The notes: generated by a model from the sequence alone, not told the origin. 64,000 bases of DNA from Alphaproteobacteria bacterium (GCA_965224275.1 CBDCYR010000002.1:192902-256901); one strand, 5' to 3'; positions 30,906-41,722 are shown, counted from the stretch's first letter. Numbers and translations: made by a program.

Positions 30906-31829
30906 TCAGGCGTAATGGATGATGGCGCTGAGTGTGAGAAGTGACGCCAACGTCGATATCAGGATCGTTCGCGCTATTGCGGCGACCGGCACATCGTATT
31001 GGACCGCCAGCACAAACGGCATCATCCCGGCGGGTCCGGCGGCGACCAGCATCGCTGGATCGGCCCACTCTGGGCTAACGTGGAACGTCGCCGCAATCAA
31101 CAGCCACGCTACGGCCGGCATCGCGATCAATTTAAGGCCCGACATGGCAATCGGCAGGAGTGCGTGAACCTCGTCTTTCTGGGAGATTAGGATAACGCCT
31201 AGCGCGAACAGGGCGCAGGGCGCGGCTGTTTCGCCGAGAAATCGCAGAAAAAAGTCCACCCCACCGGCGAGGTCAACCGCGGCGAGGTTGGCGACAACAC
31301 CCGCAGCGATGCCAATGATTTGCGGGTTCCTGGCGACCAGGAGGAAATGCCGCCGAACCGACACGCCCTTTGCCTGGCCGCTGGTGGCATCAAGGATCAA
31401 AACCGTTCCGGCAAGCACCACAATCGAGTCGATCGTGATGATCGCGACGATTGGCAACGCCGCCACATCGCCGAACAATTGACGCGCCATCGGCAGAACC
31501 AGGAAGACGTGGTTGACGTACGCCGCCGACATCCCCAGGAGCAAGCTTTCGACGCGCGGCCGCCGAAATCCGAAGCGCGCGATAGCGAAGCCAACAGCGT
31601 ATGCCGCGATCTCGGCGATCAAATAGGCCAGGAGCAATTCCCATTCAAACCAATCGACGGGCGCGGCGCTGATCAGCCGGAACAGCAGCGCAGGAAGCGC
31701 GATGTAGAAAACAAAGCGGTTGAGGGCTGTCGCCGCTGTGGTATCGAATAGTTTGGTCCAGCCGGCCGCGAACCCGATCGCGACGATCGCGAACACCGGC
31801 AAAACGTGATTGAGAAAGGTGCTCAGCAC
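30906..31829 (-). CDS. AEC-family (auxin efflux carrier / malate permease-like) transporter
   Basis: 307 aa, ~10 TM. The N-terminal 'LPVFAIVAIGFAAGW' and overall topology are typical of PF03547. Confidence 0.8.
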   Translation of the reverse strand: MLSTFLNHVLPVFAIVAIGFAAGWTKLFDTTAATALNRFVFYIALPALLFRLISAAPVDWFEWELLLAYLIAEIAAYAVGFAIARFGFRRPRVESLLLGMSAAYVNHVFLVLPMARQLFGDVAALPIVAIITIDSIVVLAGTVLILDATSGQAKGVSVRRHFLLVARNPQIIGIAAGVVANLAAVDLAGGVDFFLRFLGETAAPCALFALGVILISQKDEVHALLPIAMSGLKLIAMPAVAWLLIAATFHVSPEWADPAMLVAAGPAGMMPFVLAVQYDVPVAAIARTILISTLASLLTLSAIIHYA

Positions 31830-32171
31830 AGATCTGGCCTGTGGTAACGGAGGGTGGGAGACGCCCGACTATAAGTCAGACGCGCGTTTGCCACGAACGC
31901 CAAGCGCGGGGCCAGGCATCCTCCGACACGGGCTTCAATCGATGGTCAGGAGCGCCACTTGACGCTGCTTGATGCCGGTTGGGCGCCGCCAGACATTTGG
32001 AACGCGCGCCGTTTGCAAGCGGCGGCTTCGGCGAGATACCAAGGCCATCGAGTCATGTCTGGCGCCGAGGCCGCGGCTGGCCCACAATTGAATTCGTTGC
32101 GTTTGCCTTGCCGCCCTTCACGCCTCCCAACCTGCCAGCCAACCTATAGTTGAAGCCATCGTCGTACCGCC

Positions 32172-33404
32172 ATGTCCACCGTTCTGACCGCCGGCCGTCG
32201 CGAACTCAAGGTGCTGGGGCTGATCGGCAGCGGCCATATGCTCAGCCACGTACAGTTCCTGCTGCTGCCACCGCTGTTTCCGTTGCTCAAAGACGAATTC
32301 GGGGTTAGCTATGCCGCGCTCGGTGTGGTGGCGGCCGCGTTCTCGTTGGCCGCAAGTCTGGGCCAGGTGCCGATGGGCTTCCTGGTCGACCGCATTGGCG
32401 GGCGCAACCTCCTAGTGGCGGGATTGCTGCTGCAGGGTTGCGCCGCGTTTGCTATGGCATTCGCCGATTCGTACTGGATGCTGGTGGCACTGTCCGGCGT
32501 CTCCGGACTCGCCGCGACCGTCTTTCATCCAGCCGACTTCGCGATCCTTTCGGCCTCTATCCCACACCACCGACTGGGCCGCGCCTTCAGCATGCACAGC
32601 TTGTGCGGCAACCTCGGTGGAGCCATCACACCGCCCGTCGTGATCGCGCTGACGGTCTTGTGGGACTGGCGCAGCGCGGTGGCTGCGGCCGGCGTGCTGT
32701 CGGTCCTGGTCGCCATGCTAATCGCGTGGCAGCGTGGCGCCCTGGTCGAGGAACGCGTCGAAAACGATGGCGGCGATAACCAGCACGACAACGTCGGTCA
32801 AGGCATAGCCTTGCTACTATCGGCACCGATCCTGATGGCGTTTCTGTTCTTCTTATTGAGCAGTATTGGTGTCAGCGCGATCCAAACCTTGGTGGTCGCG
32901 GCCGTCGCCTCGACGCACGACACGACGCTGGCGGCGGCCAGCAGCGTCTTAACAGGATTCCTGATCGGCGCCGCCGCCGGCATTTTCGTTGCCGGCTTTC
33001 TACTCGATCGCAACAAGCGACCGGGGTCGATTGCCACGGTCGCGTTTCTATGTGCGGCTGGGCTCATGGTGCTGGCGGGCTCGGCATCAATGCCGATCGC
33101 GATGCTCACCTTGCTGCTCACTCTGACCGGCGTTTGCACCGGCATCGTGCAGCCAACCCGCGACCTGATGGTGCGCCAGATCACCCCGACCGGCGCCACC
33201 GGCAAGGTGTTCGGTTTCCTCTCAACCGCGTTCTCGGTCGGCGGTGTGGTGACCCCGGTGATCTTCGGTTGGATCCTCGACAATGCCGGCGCGCGCTGGA
33301 TGTTCTGGCTAATTGCCGCCTTTATGTTGGCCGCGATCTTGACCGTGGTTCGGTTGGGACGGTCGCGCCCGGTGTCCACGACCGACGGTGGGGTCGACCC
33401 CTAG
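32172..33404 (+). CDS. MFS transporter (12 TM)
   Basis: 410 aa, hydrophobic throughout, with an MFS-type loop motif between TM2 and TM3 ('GFLVDRIGGRN'). Confidence 0.85.
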   Translation: MSTVLTAGRRELKVLGLIGSGHMLSHVQFLLLPPLFPLLKDEFGVSYAALGVVAAAFSLAASLGQVPMGFLVDRIGGRNLLVAGLLLQGCAAFAMAFADSYWMLVALSGVSGLAATVFHPADFAILSASIPHHRLGRAFSMHSLCGNLGGAITPPVVIALTVLWDWRSAVAAAGVLSVLVAMLIAWQRGALVEERVENDGGDNQHDNVGQGIALLLSAPILMAFLFFLLSSIGVSAIQTLVVAAVASTHDTTLAAASSVLTGFLIGAAAGIFVAGFLLDRNKRPGSIATVAFLCAAGLMVLAGSASMPIAMLTLLLTLTGVCTGIVQPTRDLMVRQITPTGATGKVFGFLSTAFSVGGVVTPVIFGWILDNAGARWMFWLIAAFMLAAILTVVRLGRSRPVSTTDGGVDP

Positions 33405-33411
33405 CCGGCTA

Positions 33412-33903
33412 CTAATATCGACGTCCATCCTTATGGGTAAACGTCCATTTGCCATCAGCGACGAGTACCGCCTCGATATCGTCGTTTGGGTAGCTCGCCC
33501 CGTCGCCACTGGTGCGGTCGCCGATCTCAAGGAAGGTCACGTCCTGATCGCTGCGGTTGACCAATTGATGGGCGGTGCCTTGGGCTTGAAACCCGGCGCA
33601 CATTCCCGGACCCAGCAAGGTTTCTTCGGTTTCCGTGACCAGTGTCGGACTGCCCTCCAAAATAAAGACGAACTCCTCCTGTTTGCTGTGCCGGTGCAGC
33701 AGCGCGGATTCACCGCCTGGACCCAATTTCGTCAAATTTACCCCGAAATTTCTGAGGCCAAAGACATCGCCCAATTGGCGCTTTTCCCGCCCCGCCATGC
33801 GGCTTGAAAACGGTTCCGGATAACTTGATAGCTTGGTACGTGGTGGAACCGCCTCGGCACTGACCGCAATCGGTGCGCGCGTCTTTCTGTCGCTCATCAA
33901 CAA
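33412..33903 (-). CDS. Cupin-domain protein
   Basis: 163 aa with the cupin motifs 'G..S...H.H...EEFVFILEG' and 'GPGMCAGF..G..H'. Confidence 0.8.
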   Translation of the reverse strand: MLMSDRKTRAPIAVSAEAVPPRTKLSSYPEPFSSRMAGREKRQLGDVFGLRNFGVNLTKLGPGGESALLHRHSKQEEFVFILEGSPTLVTETEETLLGPGMCAGFQAQGTAHQLVNRSDQDVTFLEIGDRTSGDGASYPNDDIEAVLVADGKWTFTHKDGRRY

Positions 33904-34512
33904 TGCCTTTCGTCATATCTGCGGGGTAACACGAAGCGGTATGCCTGTCCCGGGCAACGGGACGCGACGGAGAATGTCGGAAAGGTCTCGCCGAGGCGGG
34001 TCCGATCAGCAAACGCCCGGCCGATCCGATTAGCGCGGCGTGCTTGTCTTCTCTATGACCTCGAGGACCCTCTGCCACACCGCAGCAATTCCGGGCTTTT
34101 CTTCGTCGGTATATTTCATCACCCGCACCTTGGCCTGGATTGCCGCATCGTCGCCGAAGGTGTGGATCAGCATGCGGGCACGGGTCTGAATATCTTGATC
34201 CGAATAGGTTACCGCCCCTACCACCTCACAAGCCCTTCGAAATTTTCATACGCACATCGATCGCAAAAGCAGTCAATTTCGCCGGCTCGATCGGCCGGCG
34301 CCCAATCAATACCCGGCCAACACCTCCACCACTTAACGCCACTTCAATCGGAAACGATACCCCGTAATTTCACGTATTTGAGTGGGGTATTGGTGCGACG
34401 TTTGTCAATCCGGTCCGGTTGCAGGGCCGCGTGATAATCTGCCCCAGTGCCGTGTTGATCGTAGAAACTCAGTTCCGCGCGAGCGGCTAAAACTTCACGA
34501 GGATCGAGGACG

Positions 34513-34980
34513 GTGATGGTTTTGCAGGATCGATCAGACATAACCCAATTGATGTACCGCTACGCCGACGCGATGGATCGGCGTGATGTCGGCGCCGTGC
34601 TGCGCTGTTTTACCGATGACGCGGAGACGTCGTGGCATGATGGTGTTGTTAAGACCGCCGGTGCCGACGAACTCAGACGCTTTCTCGAAAACGCGTTTAG
34701 CGACGATGTTCTGGGCGGTCCGGCCAAGCCGTCGAGCCATCTGATGGCCAACGTTATGATCGACCTCGACGGTGATCGTGCCCGCGTCGAGACCACTGCT
34801 TTGGCCTGCGTCACCAACCGTCCCGACCTGGTTACGGTGCGCGGCATCCACTACAGCGACGTTTGCGAGCGTCGCACCGGTGGCTGGCGGATTCGCAGCC
34901 GCAATCATCGCGCCGATTGGGAGTTCTCAACCCCCGGCCAAACCGCCGGACCGATCGCTGCCCCCGGGAGGACCTCGTAA
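34513..34980 (+). CDS. SnoaL-like / NTF2-fold protein
   Basis: 155 aa with 'ITQLMYRYADAMDRRDVGAVLRCFTDDA', typical of the SnoaL_4/NTF2-like fold. Confidence 0.7.
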   Translation: MMVLQDRSDITQLMYRYADAMDRRDVGAVLRCFTDDAETSWHDGVVKTAGADELRRFLENAFSDDVLGGPAKPSSHLMANVMIDLDGDRARVETTALACVTNRPDLVTVRGIHYSDVCERRTGGWRIRSRNHRADWEFSTPGQTAGPIAAPGRTS

Positions 34981-35094
34981 TCCGTCGGGATGCCGCCTCC
35001 GCGAACGGGAGCGGGAACGGGCGTCGAGCTATCGAGGAATGGAATGGGAAGGGGGGCAGGCCCAGCCTGCCCCCCGGCCGATAGAATACGTCGC

Positions 35095-35739
35095 TTAGTC
35101 TGCTGCGAAGCAATACAGCAGCCCGGCGCCGCCGGTGCTGACTAGGTTTTCCTGACTGCAGCCTCGAGACGGATGCGCAGCGATCCACGAAATATTGCCG
35201 CCGCCGTGCCGGTCGTGATGGCCGACCATCGCGCTGCCTTCGCCGGACTTGGTCCAGTTGCCGCACGTGTGATCACCCTTTTCCCAAGGAAAAAAGGCGG
35301 TACCGTCGTTCTTCGATCCGGTCAAAACGTCATGCCGGTTTGGCTTGTCGCCACGCCCGTTCACGAGATTGCCGCTCTCGTCCAACGCCGTGCGCCGAAC
35401 GATATTCGGATTGATGTGAAGTTGATCAAAGTCGACCGCGATCAACTCACCAGTGACGTTGTACCAGGGGCCGCTTCCGATGCGGTCGCGGGCAGAGGTG
35501 GCGCGCCCTTTTTCGACCTGGGTGCTGAGATAGGCCCGCCAGGTGCGCCCCGTCGAACCCGCGGCCGTGGCCAACTTGGAGCAATGGGCGTCGGCGCCGT
35601 CAAGGCCGCCCAGGTTTGCGCCCTGGCCCATGCCAACACTCGTAACGAAGAACCCCATCGGCTGTTTGTCTGCCGCCAGGAGCGGTGCGCTCGATAGCGC
35701 TAGTATTGCAGCTGTCGCCAGCATCTTGGTGATGTTCAC
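35095..35739 (-). CDS. Secreted hypothetical protein
   Basis: 214 aa with a signal peptide ('MLATAAILALSSAPLLAADKQ') and Cys/His/Gly-rich motifs ('GHHDRHGGGNISW'). No confident family assignment. Confidence 0.5.
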   Translation of the reverse strand: MNITKMLATAAILALSSAPLLAADKQPMGFFVTSVGMGQGANLGGLDGADAHCSKLATAAGSTGRTWRAYLSTQVEKGRATSARDRIGSGPWYNVTGELIAVDFDQLHINPNIVRRTALDESGNLVNGRGDKPNRHDVLTGSKNDGTAFFPWEKGDHTCGNWTKSGEGSAMVGHHDRHGGGNISWIAAHPSRGCSQENLVSTGGAGLLYCFAAD

Positions 35740-36056
35740 GTGTACCTCCTCATTATTTACGGGAACGGCCGTTCGGCAATTAGGAACGACCGCTCTACCC
35801 TGCCAACAGGGCGGCGCTCCCCATCATAAACACCGCAATTGCAAAATCATTCCTGGCCCGGTTCAAATATCCGCGATGGATCATGGGCGCTGCGCCTTCC
35901 GATCGGAAACGCGCGCTGCCGTGGCGTGGGTTCGCAAGGAGACCCCTTGCTTGCCCCACACCCCGGCTTTCGCGCACCATCTAACGAGATCCCGCGGCCG
36001 CAGCGTTTGGCGGCGCCGTAGCCTTTTAATTTATTGGTTGGTGCGCGCGAGCTTCG

Positions 36057-36812
36057 ATGCCAAAGAAACCCAATAAGACCACCGCACGCCCCGCGAAAGC
36101 GTCGAACAATGGACCGGCGGCGGCCGCACCGCGCCAGCGGGTAGCACGCGGCACGGGTGAACAACGCATCGTTGACGCAGCGATCGATTTTTTTGCCGAG
36201 CAGGGCTTTCGCGCCTCAACCCGCGATCTCGCCAAGCGGTTGGGCGTGACCCAAGCGCTGCTGTACCGCTATTTCAAAAGCAAACAAGACCTGATCGACC
36301 GCGTGTTTGCCGAGGTGTTCGTAGATCAATGGAATAGTGACGACAGCACGAAACTACTTGCTACCGACGAACCGCTGCGCGTGAGACTAGCGACGTTTTA
36401 TCAGGCGATCGCCGGCCGTTTCTCAACCCAGCGCATCCGCTTGTTCATCCGCGCCGGGCTTGATGATCAGAAGTTGGCGGCACGTTACACCCTGCCGCTC
36501 AACGAACGCATCTTGACGCCAATAATTGCTGCCCTTCGGCTCGAGGCCGGGTTGCCGCCGCCTGCGAAACGCAAGATTTTGCGCGCCGAGCGCGAACTGG
36601 CGTTGACCCTGCACGGCGCCATCGCCCATCTCGGCATTCGCCGGCACATCTATGACTCGCCCTTGCCCGACGATCTCGATGACCACGTCGCCTTCTACGT
36701 CACCAGCTTCCTGGAAGGCGCGATTCCTACCATCAAACGTCTCCACGCCAAGCCCCCGCGCGGGACGCTCGGAGCTCGGCTTACCGTCGGCGGGAAGTCA
36801 AAGATCGAATAG
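36057..36812 (+). CDS. TetR-family transcriptional regulator
   Basis: HTH 'RIVDAAIDFFAEQGFRASTRDLAKRLGVTQALLYRYFKSKQDL'. The real start may be downstream of the listed ATG. Confidence 0.85.
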   Translation: MPKKPNKTTARPAKASNNGPAAAAPRQRVARGTGEQRIVDAAIDFFAEQGFRASTRDLAKRLGVTQALLYRYFKSKQDLIDRVFAEVFVDQWNSDDSTKLLATDEPLRVRLATFYQAIAGRFSTQRIRLFIRAGLDDQKLAARYTLPLNERILTPIIAALRLEAGLPPPAKRKILRAERELALTLHGAIAHLGIRRHIYDSPLPDDLDDHVAFYVTSFLEGAIPTIKRLHAKPPRGTLGARLTVGGKSKIE

Positions 36813-36849
36813 GCAAATGCGCCCGAGACTCCTACAAAATGCGTGTGGA

Positions 36850-37380
36850 CTACTTGTTGATCGCGCCGAGGAACGTCGCGAAGGTAAACGTGTAGTCATC
36901 AAACTCGGCGTTTTCCTTGTGGCAGGCGAAGCAATTGTCGAATTTGACGAACGCCTCGGTGCGCAACACACCCTTGGCATTGAACCAGGAATATTCCCAC
37001 TCGCCATTACGTTTAGCGGCTGGATATTCCGCTCCCCAGCCCGGTTGTTTTTCCTGGACGAAGATATTGGTGATTTCCGAGGTCGGGATGAAACGGCCGC
37101 GCGCATCCGTGACCGGATTGCCGGCCGCGTCGAGCTTGGCCTTATGGTCCTCCATAATGAGGACAGTGCCGTGCGGCGCTGGTTGATTGGCCTTGGCCTT
37201 GGCTAGGCTTTCGGGGTTCACATACATGAACCGCACGGTTTTGCGTTTGGGCTTATCGACGGTTGTGTAACGCACGAAATGAGTTTGATATCCTTCCGGA
37301 AAAGCCACTTTTTCAGCCCCGGCGTGCGCTGTGCCCATGGCAAACAAGCCCAGCACCATAATTGCAATGATCTTACGCAT
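36850..37380 (-). CDS. Cytochrome P460-like periplasmic haem protein (tentative)
   Basis: Start at the internal ATG (RC of 37378-37380), giving a signal peptide 'MRKIIAIMVLGLFAMGTAHA'. A CxxCH haem motif ('NCFACH') sits near the C-terminus, as in the P460 family. The listed 265-aa ORF has an Arg-rich junk N-extension. Confidence 0.6.
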   Translation of the reverse strand: MRKIIAIMVLGLFAMGTAHAGAEKVAFPEGYQTHFVRYTTVDKPKRKTVRFMYVNPESLAKAKANQPAPHGTVLIMEDHKAKLDAAGNPVTDARGRFIPTSEITNIFVQEKQPGWGAEYPAAKRNGEWEYSWFNAKGVLRTEAFVKFDNCFACHKENAEFDDYTFTFATFLGAINK

Positions 37381-37520
37381 TTCCCCTCCCTCTCTTCGAG
37401 AACCGCACCCACTCCGATGCAACCGGGATTGGAGACCTGCACAACGTAAGTTGTCAAGTGACAACACACGGGAGGACGGGGCCGTCGACAGCCACGCTTG
37501 ATTGAAGGACGATAGAGACG

Positions 37521-38179
37521 ATGAAAGATACGCCGACCAAACTCGAACCCGGTGAACTCGCAATCGATGGTCGCGTGTTCGACCTCTACGACGAGTATTG
37601 CCACGGCGAGATCGACCGCCGCACATTCCTGGGCCGCGCCGGCGCACTCACGATCGGCGGCGCGGCGGCGCTGGCGATGGCCGAGAGCCTGCTGCCGCGT
37701 TACGCCCGGGCGCACACGATCTCGTTTACCGATCGACGCATTCGGGCGCGCTACGTTGATTACGCATCAGACGGCGGTAGCGGCGGTGCGATGCGCGGTT
37801 ATCTCGTTCAACCCGCTGGCGACGGCCCGTTCCCGTCGGTCGTGGTCATTCACGAGAACCGTGGCCTCAATCTCTACATCGAAGACGTCGCGCGCCGCTT
37901 GTCGGTCGACGGCTTTCTGGCGTTGGCGCGGCAACGGTGGTCGCAAAGATCCGCGCGTCGCTACTGGTGCATTACGCCGAGAACGACGATCGCATCAACG
38001 GCATGCGCCCGGCTTTCGAAACCGCGCTCAAAGCCAACAATGCCAGCTACGAGATGCACACCTATCCCAGCACCCGGCACGGGTTTCACAACTACTCGAC
38101 GCCGCGCTACGACCAGGTCGCCGCCGATCTGGCCTGGCAACGTACAATCGCGTTTTTCAAGCAGCATCTCGCCGGTTAA
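37521..38179 (+). pseudogene. Dienelactone-hydrolase-family protein with Tat signal, internal deletion/frameshift
   Basis: The N-part ('RRTFLGRAGALTIGGAAALA...PFPSVVVIHENRGLN...VDGFLALA') and the C-part ('LLVHYAENDDRI...HTYPSTRHGFHN') lie in different frames. They are separated by too little sequence to hold the ~70-aa nucleophile segment. Confidence 0.55.
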
Positions 38180-38221
38180 GACCGCCGATCAAACCCGACG
38201 CGAGCGCAACCCAGACTGGCG

Positions 38222-38866
38222 ATGAGCGTGAGCAAAACCGCCCTATTGATCACTTACCGAACCAAACTGGGGCAACGCGACGCGCTGCATCGCGCCTTCG
38301 ACGCGCACGTCAGAGAACACGTCGCGGCAAACCCCAAAGTCGAACGCTTTGTTAAATGCAACGACGACGCCGACCCCAACACGGTCCATCTTTTTGAACT
38401 CTATAGCGACCGCGCCGCACTCGACGCGGTTGGTGGCGCGACCTGGCTCGCCGATTACAACGCGGCACTGGAGCCCGTTCTCGCTGGCCCGCCTGAGCTC
38501 GCGTTCACGAGTTCGATCTGGTCCAAAGAAACCGATCCTGCCGCGATCGACCAAACGAGCGAGCCGCCGCCGATGGGTCTGTTTGTTAAGTACAGAACAA
38601 CCGATGGAGGACGAGAGGCAATCCATGCGGCATGGGAAGAGCGGGTAAAGTGGTATATTGAGTCTGCGGATGGGATTCGGTTCTTTTATATGTCGATCGG
38701 TGAAGAGTCGGATCTTCTCTGTCTGTTCGTGCTCTTCCAGGATCGCTCGCTGCTCGACGTTTCAAGCGCGACTGACTGGTTCCAGGCCTATCGTGATCTG
38801 ATCGAGCCGAACATCACCCAACGCACGGTCTACCGCAGCACGCCGGTTTGGATCAAAGGCGCCTAG
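38222..38866 (+). CDS. Tandem ABM (antibiotic-biosynthesis-monooxygenase-like) domain protein
   Basis: Two repeats: 'LLITYRTKLGQRDALHRAF' and 'LFVKYRTTDGGREAIHAAW'. Confidence 0.6.
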   Translation: MSVSKTALLITYRTKLGQRDALHRAFDAHVREHVAANPKVERFVKCNDDADPNTVHLFELYSDRAALDAVGGATWLADYNAALEPVLAGPPELAFTSSIWSKETDPAAIDQTSEPPPMGLFVKYRTTDGGREAIHAAWEERVKWYIESADGIRFFYMSIGEESDLLCLFVLFQDRSLLDVSSATDWFQAYRDLIEPNITQRTVYRSTPVWIKGA

Positions 38867-39716
38867 CTCATCACACTGACTGGCACGGACCATCGCGATC
38901 GGCTGACGTCACCGCGCGCCTCGCGATACCCTGACCCGCCGCCGTGCCCACATGAGCGCGACGCTCGCGCCCACCGCCAACGTGCCCGCGAGCAAGTTGA
39001 CCAGGATGTCGAATGGGTCGAAGACTCGGCTGGGCAGAAACGACTGGATGCACTCGTCGAGCACTCCCAGCGCCCCTGTCGCCAGGATGGCGAGCAAGGG
39101 CGGCACCCGGACCGGACGACCGCGCCTAGGCGTACGACTAGGCGATACGACGATTATGACACGCAGACCAAGCCCAGTTCCCGTCGGGATCGACAGACCG
39201 CAAGGTCGTGTGTTTCTCCCGCTCACGTTAAAGAAAACGAAGCCAATCTTTCATAATCGTCGTATCGCGCGATTATTGCACCGATGGCTAACGAAGTTGC
39301 GCTTGGCATGAGCGCGAAGCGATGGCCTAAGGCCGCCTTTCTCCTCAGGGCGAATGGCTGTTTTTGGCTAATCCCGGTCCTTGGGGTCGGCGAAAACCAC
39401 GTCGGTTGTCGGGGGTAAACCGAACCCTTCCCGAAGTCCACGATCAACGACGCTGGCCCCTGCCAGACAGAGGCACGACGCGCACAATCGCCCGGCACGA
39501 AAGAATCGCAAGGTTGCCATCGTCATCGAAGGCGGGCATTTTTGGTGGCGGGGAAGCACGATTACGAGACTTCCGCTGGACTGAGGGGAAGGCCGGCACG
39601 CCCGAAGCCGAGATTGAACGCCAAAACGGTAGCGGCTCGCTCAAGCGCGAGGTAATCGGCGTTCTCGTTCGACCAACGCCATGGAGCCAGGCCGAATCTG
39701 CGCATGACGAACCCGA

Positions 39717-40697
39717 ATGAGCGCTTGCCAATCGCGAAGATGGCCAAGCAAAAATCGAAACGACGCCGTTTCGGCCGACGAGAACGAAATGGCCGCTGAT
39801 CCAGGAAAATCGGCGACTGGTGGCGCCAAGGAGGACGTTGCGGAGAAGGATAGCGACGACTCGAAGAAGAAGAAAAAGAAGAAACCAGGCTTTCTCACAA
39901 GGTTGCTGACCGAACCCGCTCCCACCGCCGCCGATGGTAAAGACAGTGGGGACTCGGACGAGCAATCACCGAGCTCGCCTGGCGCAGATGCTGCCGAGGA
40001 TGACCTCGCCGCGCAGCAAGGCGACGATGCGAAAGACGAGGCGGAAGCAAAACCCAAGAAAAAGAAGCTGGGCTTCCTCGCCAGGCTGCTGACTGAACCG
40101 ATTGCGGCTTCTGATGATGCCAACGACGCGGCTACAAGCGATCAACCCCGTGGTGCGCCCGCCCAGGGCGCCGCACCCGCCGCGACAAATAAAAAGCGCT
40201 CGGATCGTTCGGACGACAAAGAAAAACAGCTGACCACGGAGGCGTTCGAGGCAAAGCTTGAGGAACTGATCAATCAACACGGCAAGGTGCTGGCTGGTAA
40301 TGTCCAATTCGTCGACCTTTCGGATACGAAGAGCAAATTTCCCGACCGCTCCGTAGCGTTGATGGAAACCCTGCACGCCGTGGCAGAGCAGGTCATCCGA
40401 AGCCATCTGACGTACGGGGACATTTACGCCAGGCTCAAAGACTCCCATCTCATTATTTTCAGCGACCTTGACCCGGCCGAGGCGCAGCGGCGATGCGTTC
40501 AGATCACCACTGAAATCTCGGCAACGCTGGTAACACAGGGCGTCGATACGTCAGGCATTGTGGCAAAATCGATCGTGGGTGAAGTCAAAGGGCGGGCGGA
40601 GCTTGAGGAACTCAGCCTCGAGGACGCACCACCCGAACCCACCGGTGAGACCGATGCCGTGGAGCCGAAGCCGACTCAAGCTAACATCCGCACGTGA
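39717..40697 (+). CDS. Acidic low-complexity protein with duplicated Lys-tract/'GFL(T/A)RLLTEP' motif and a C-terminal globular domain
   Basis: 326-aa frame. 'KKKKKKKPGFLTRLLTEPAPTAADGKDSGDSD' and 'KPKKKKLGFLARLLTEPIAASDDANDAATSD' are embedded in a D/E/A-rich N-half. A non-repetitive ~150-aa C-terminal domain follows. An alternative start is at 39789 ('MAADPG'). Confidence 0.55.
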   Translation: MSACQSRRWPSKNRNDAVSADENEMAADPGKSATGGAKEDVAEKDSDDSKKKKKKKPGFLTRLLTEPAPTAADGKDSGDSDEQSPSSPGADAAEDDLAAQQGDDAKDEAEAKPKKKKLGFLARLLTEPIAASDDANDAATSDQPRGAPAQGAAPAATNKKRSDRSDDKEKQLTTEAFEAKLEELINQHGKVLAGNVQFVDLSDTKSKFPDRSVALMETLHAVAEQVIRSHLTYGDIYARLKDSHLIIFSDLDPAEAQRRCVQITTEISATLVTQGVDTSGIVAKSIVGEVKGRAELEELSLEDAPPEPTGETDAVEPKPTQANIRT

Positions 40698-40935
40698 CCC
40701 GGCAGCTGCGGTAGCCCGAGATCCCGCGTTTATCGGCCCGTGCGATCTTGCGATGCGCTAGGCGTCGCTCGCCTGCGCGGGGTCGAGTTCCGTACCGGTC
40801 AGGTTGGCGTCGTCGAGATTGGCTCGTTTCAGCGTGGCGCCGCTCAAAATTGGCGTTGCTTAGGTCGGAGGTGAAGAAGTCGGTCTCGGTGAAATCGGCC
40901 TCGCTCCGGTCGCAGCGGGTTTCCCCTACCCCTTA

Positions 40936-41670
40936 TTGGGTACCCCTAATGCACCGGTGACAGGACCCCAACTTAAGCGGCACACTATCGGCCATCCGAA
41001 CGGGGTTGAAATGAACCAGTTGTTGAGCTCGATGGCGCGCTTGGCAATGATTGCGCTTGTGGGGGCGACATTTGCATTGGCATCCACGCAGGCCAATGCG
41101 CAAGCCTTTGCGTTCGCGTTCGACAATCTCTTGACCGATACCGACTTCTTGGATGGCGACGAAGTAACGTTTCAACCGGTCGACGGGCTCACCATCGGCA
41201 ACGTAACTTTCGGGTTCACCATCGGCGGTTTTTCGAGTAACAGCGCCGACTATAATTCCGGCGGTCCAGGTGTCCAGACGTTTACCGATGACCCGTTGAT
41301 GATCGAGGGCGACGCGCAGGGCATCCTGCAGTTGGACTTTTTTGCTCCGACCAGCCAGCTGGAGTTTGGTTTTGCGTTAAGCATCGTCAATCCAACGCCG
41401 CAGCTTGGCGCGACCGTGACCCTGTTTGACGCCCAGTTAGCGCAAATTGGATCACCGCTCGAGGTTCTGGCGACATCTCTGGTTTTCTTTAATGAGGGGT
41501 TGTTCACCTACCTCGACGCCAACAATCAGGTTGGTCGCGCGATCATCGATTTCAACGAGGACGCGGCTGATAGCTTCAACATTATCCCGGTTCCGGCGGC
41601 CATGCCGCTGCTGCTCTCTGGCCTCGTGGGGCTTGGCCTGATCGGCTGGCGGAAGCGCAAAGCGGCATAG
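40936..41670 (+). CDS. Secreted VPLPA-CTERM sorting-domain protein
   Basis: Signal peptide, probably from M at 41011 ('MNQLLSSMARLAMIALVGATFALASTQANA'). The C-terminus 'IIPVPAAMPLLLSGLVGLGLIGWRKRK' matches the VPLPA-CTERM architecture (TIGR03370-like): motif, TM helix, basic tail. Confidence 0.7.
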   Translation: MGTPNAPVTGPQLKRHTIGHPNGVEMNQLLSSMARLAMIALVGATFALASTQANAQAFAFAFDNLLTDTDFLDGDEVTFQPVDGLTIGNVTFGFTIGGFSSNSADYNSGGPGVQTFTDDPLMIEGDAQGILQLDFFAPTSQLEFGFALSIVNPTPQLGATVTLFDAQLAQIGSPLEVLATSLVFFNEGLFTYLDANNQVGRAIIDFNEDAADSFNIIPVPAAMPLLLSGLVGLGLIGWRKRKAA

Positions 41671-41696
41671 CAACGGATCGCATAGAACGAATGAAG

Positions 41697-41722
41697 AGCG
41701 ACCTTCAGGTCGCTTTTTCTTT
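41697..41722 (+). terminator. Rho-independent terminator after the VPLPA-CTERM gene
   Basis: 'AGCGACC-ttca-GGTCGCT' hairpin followed by TTTTCTTT. Confidence 0.55.
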
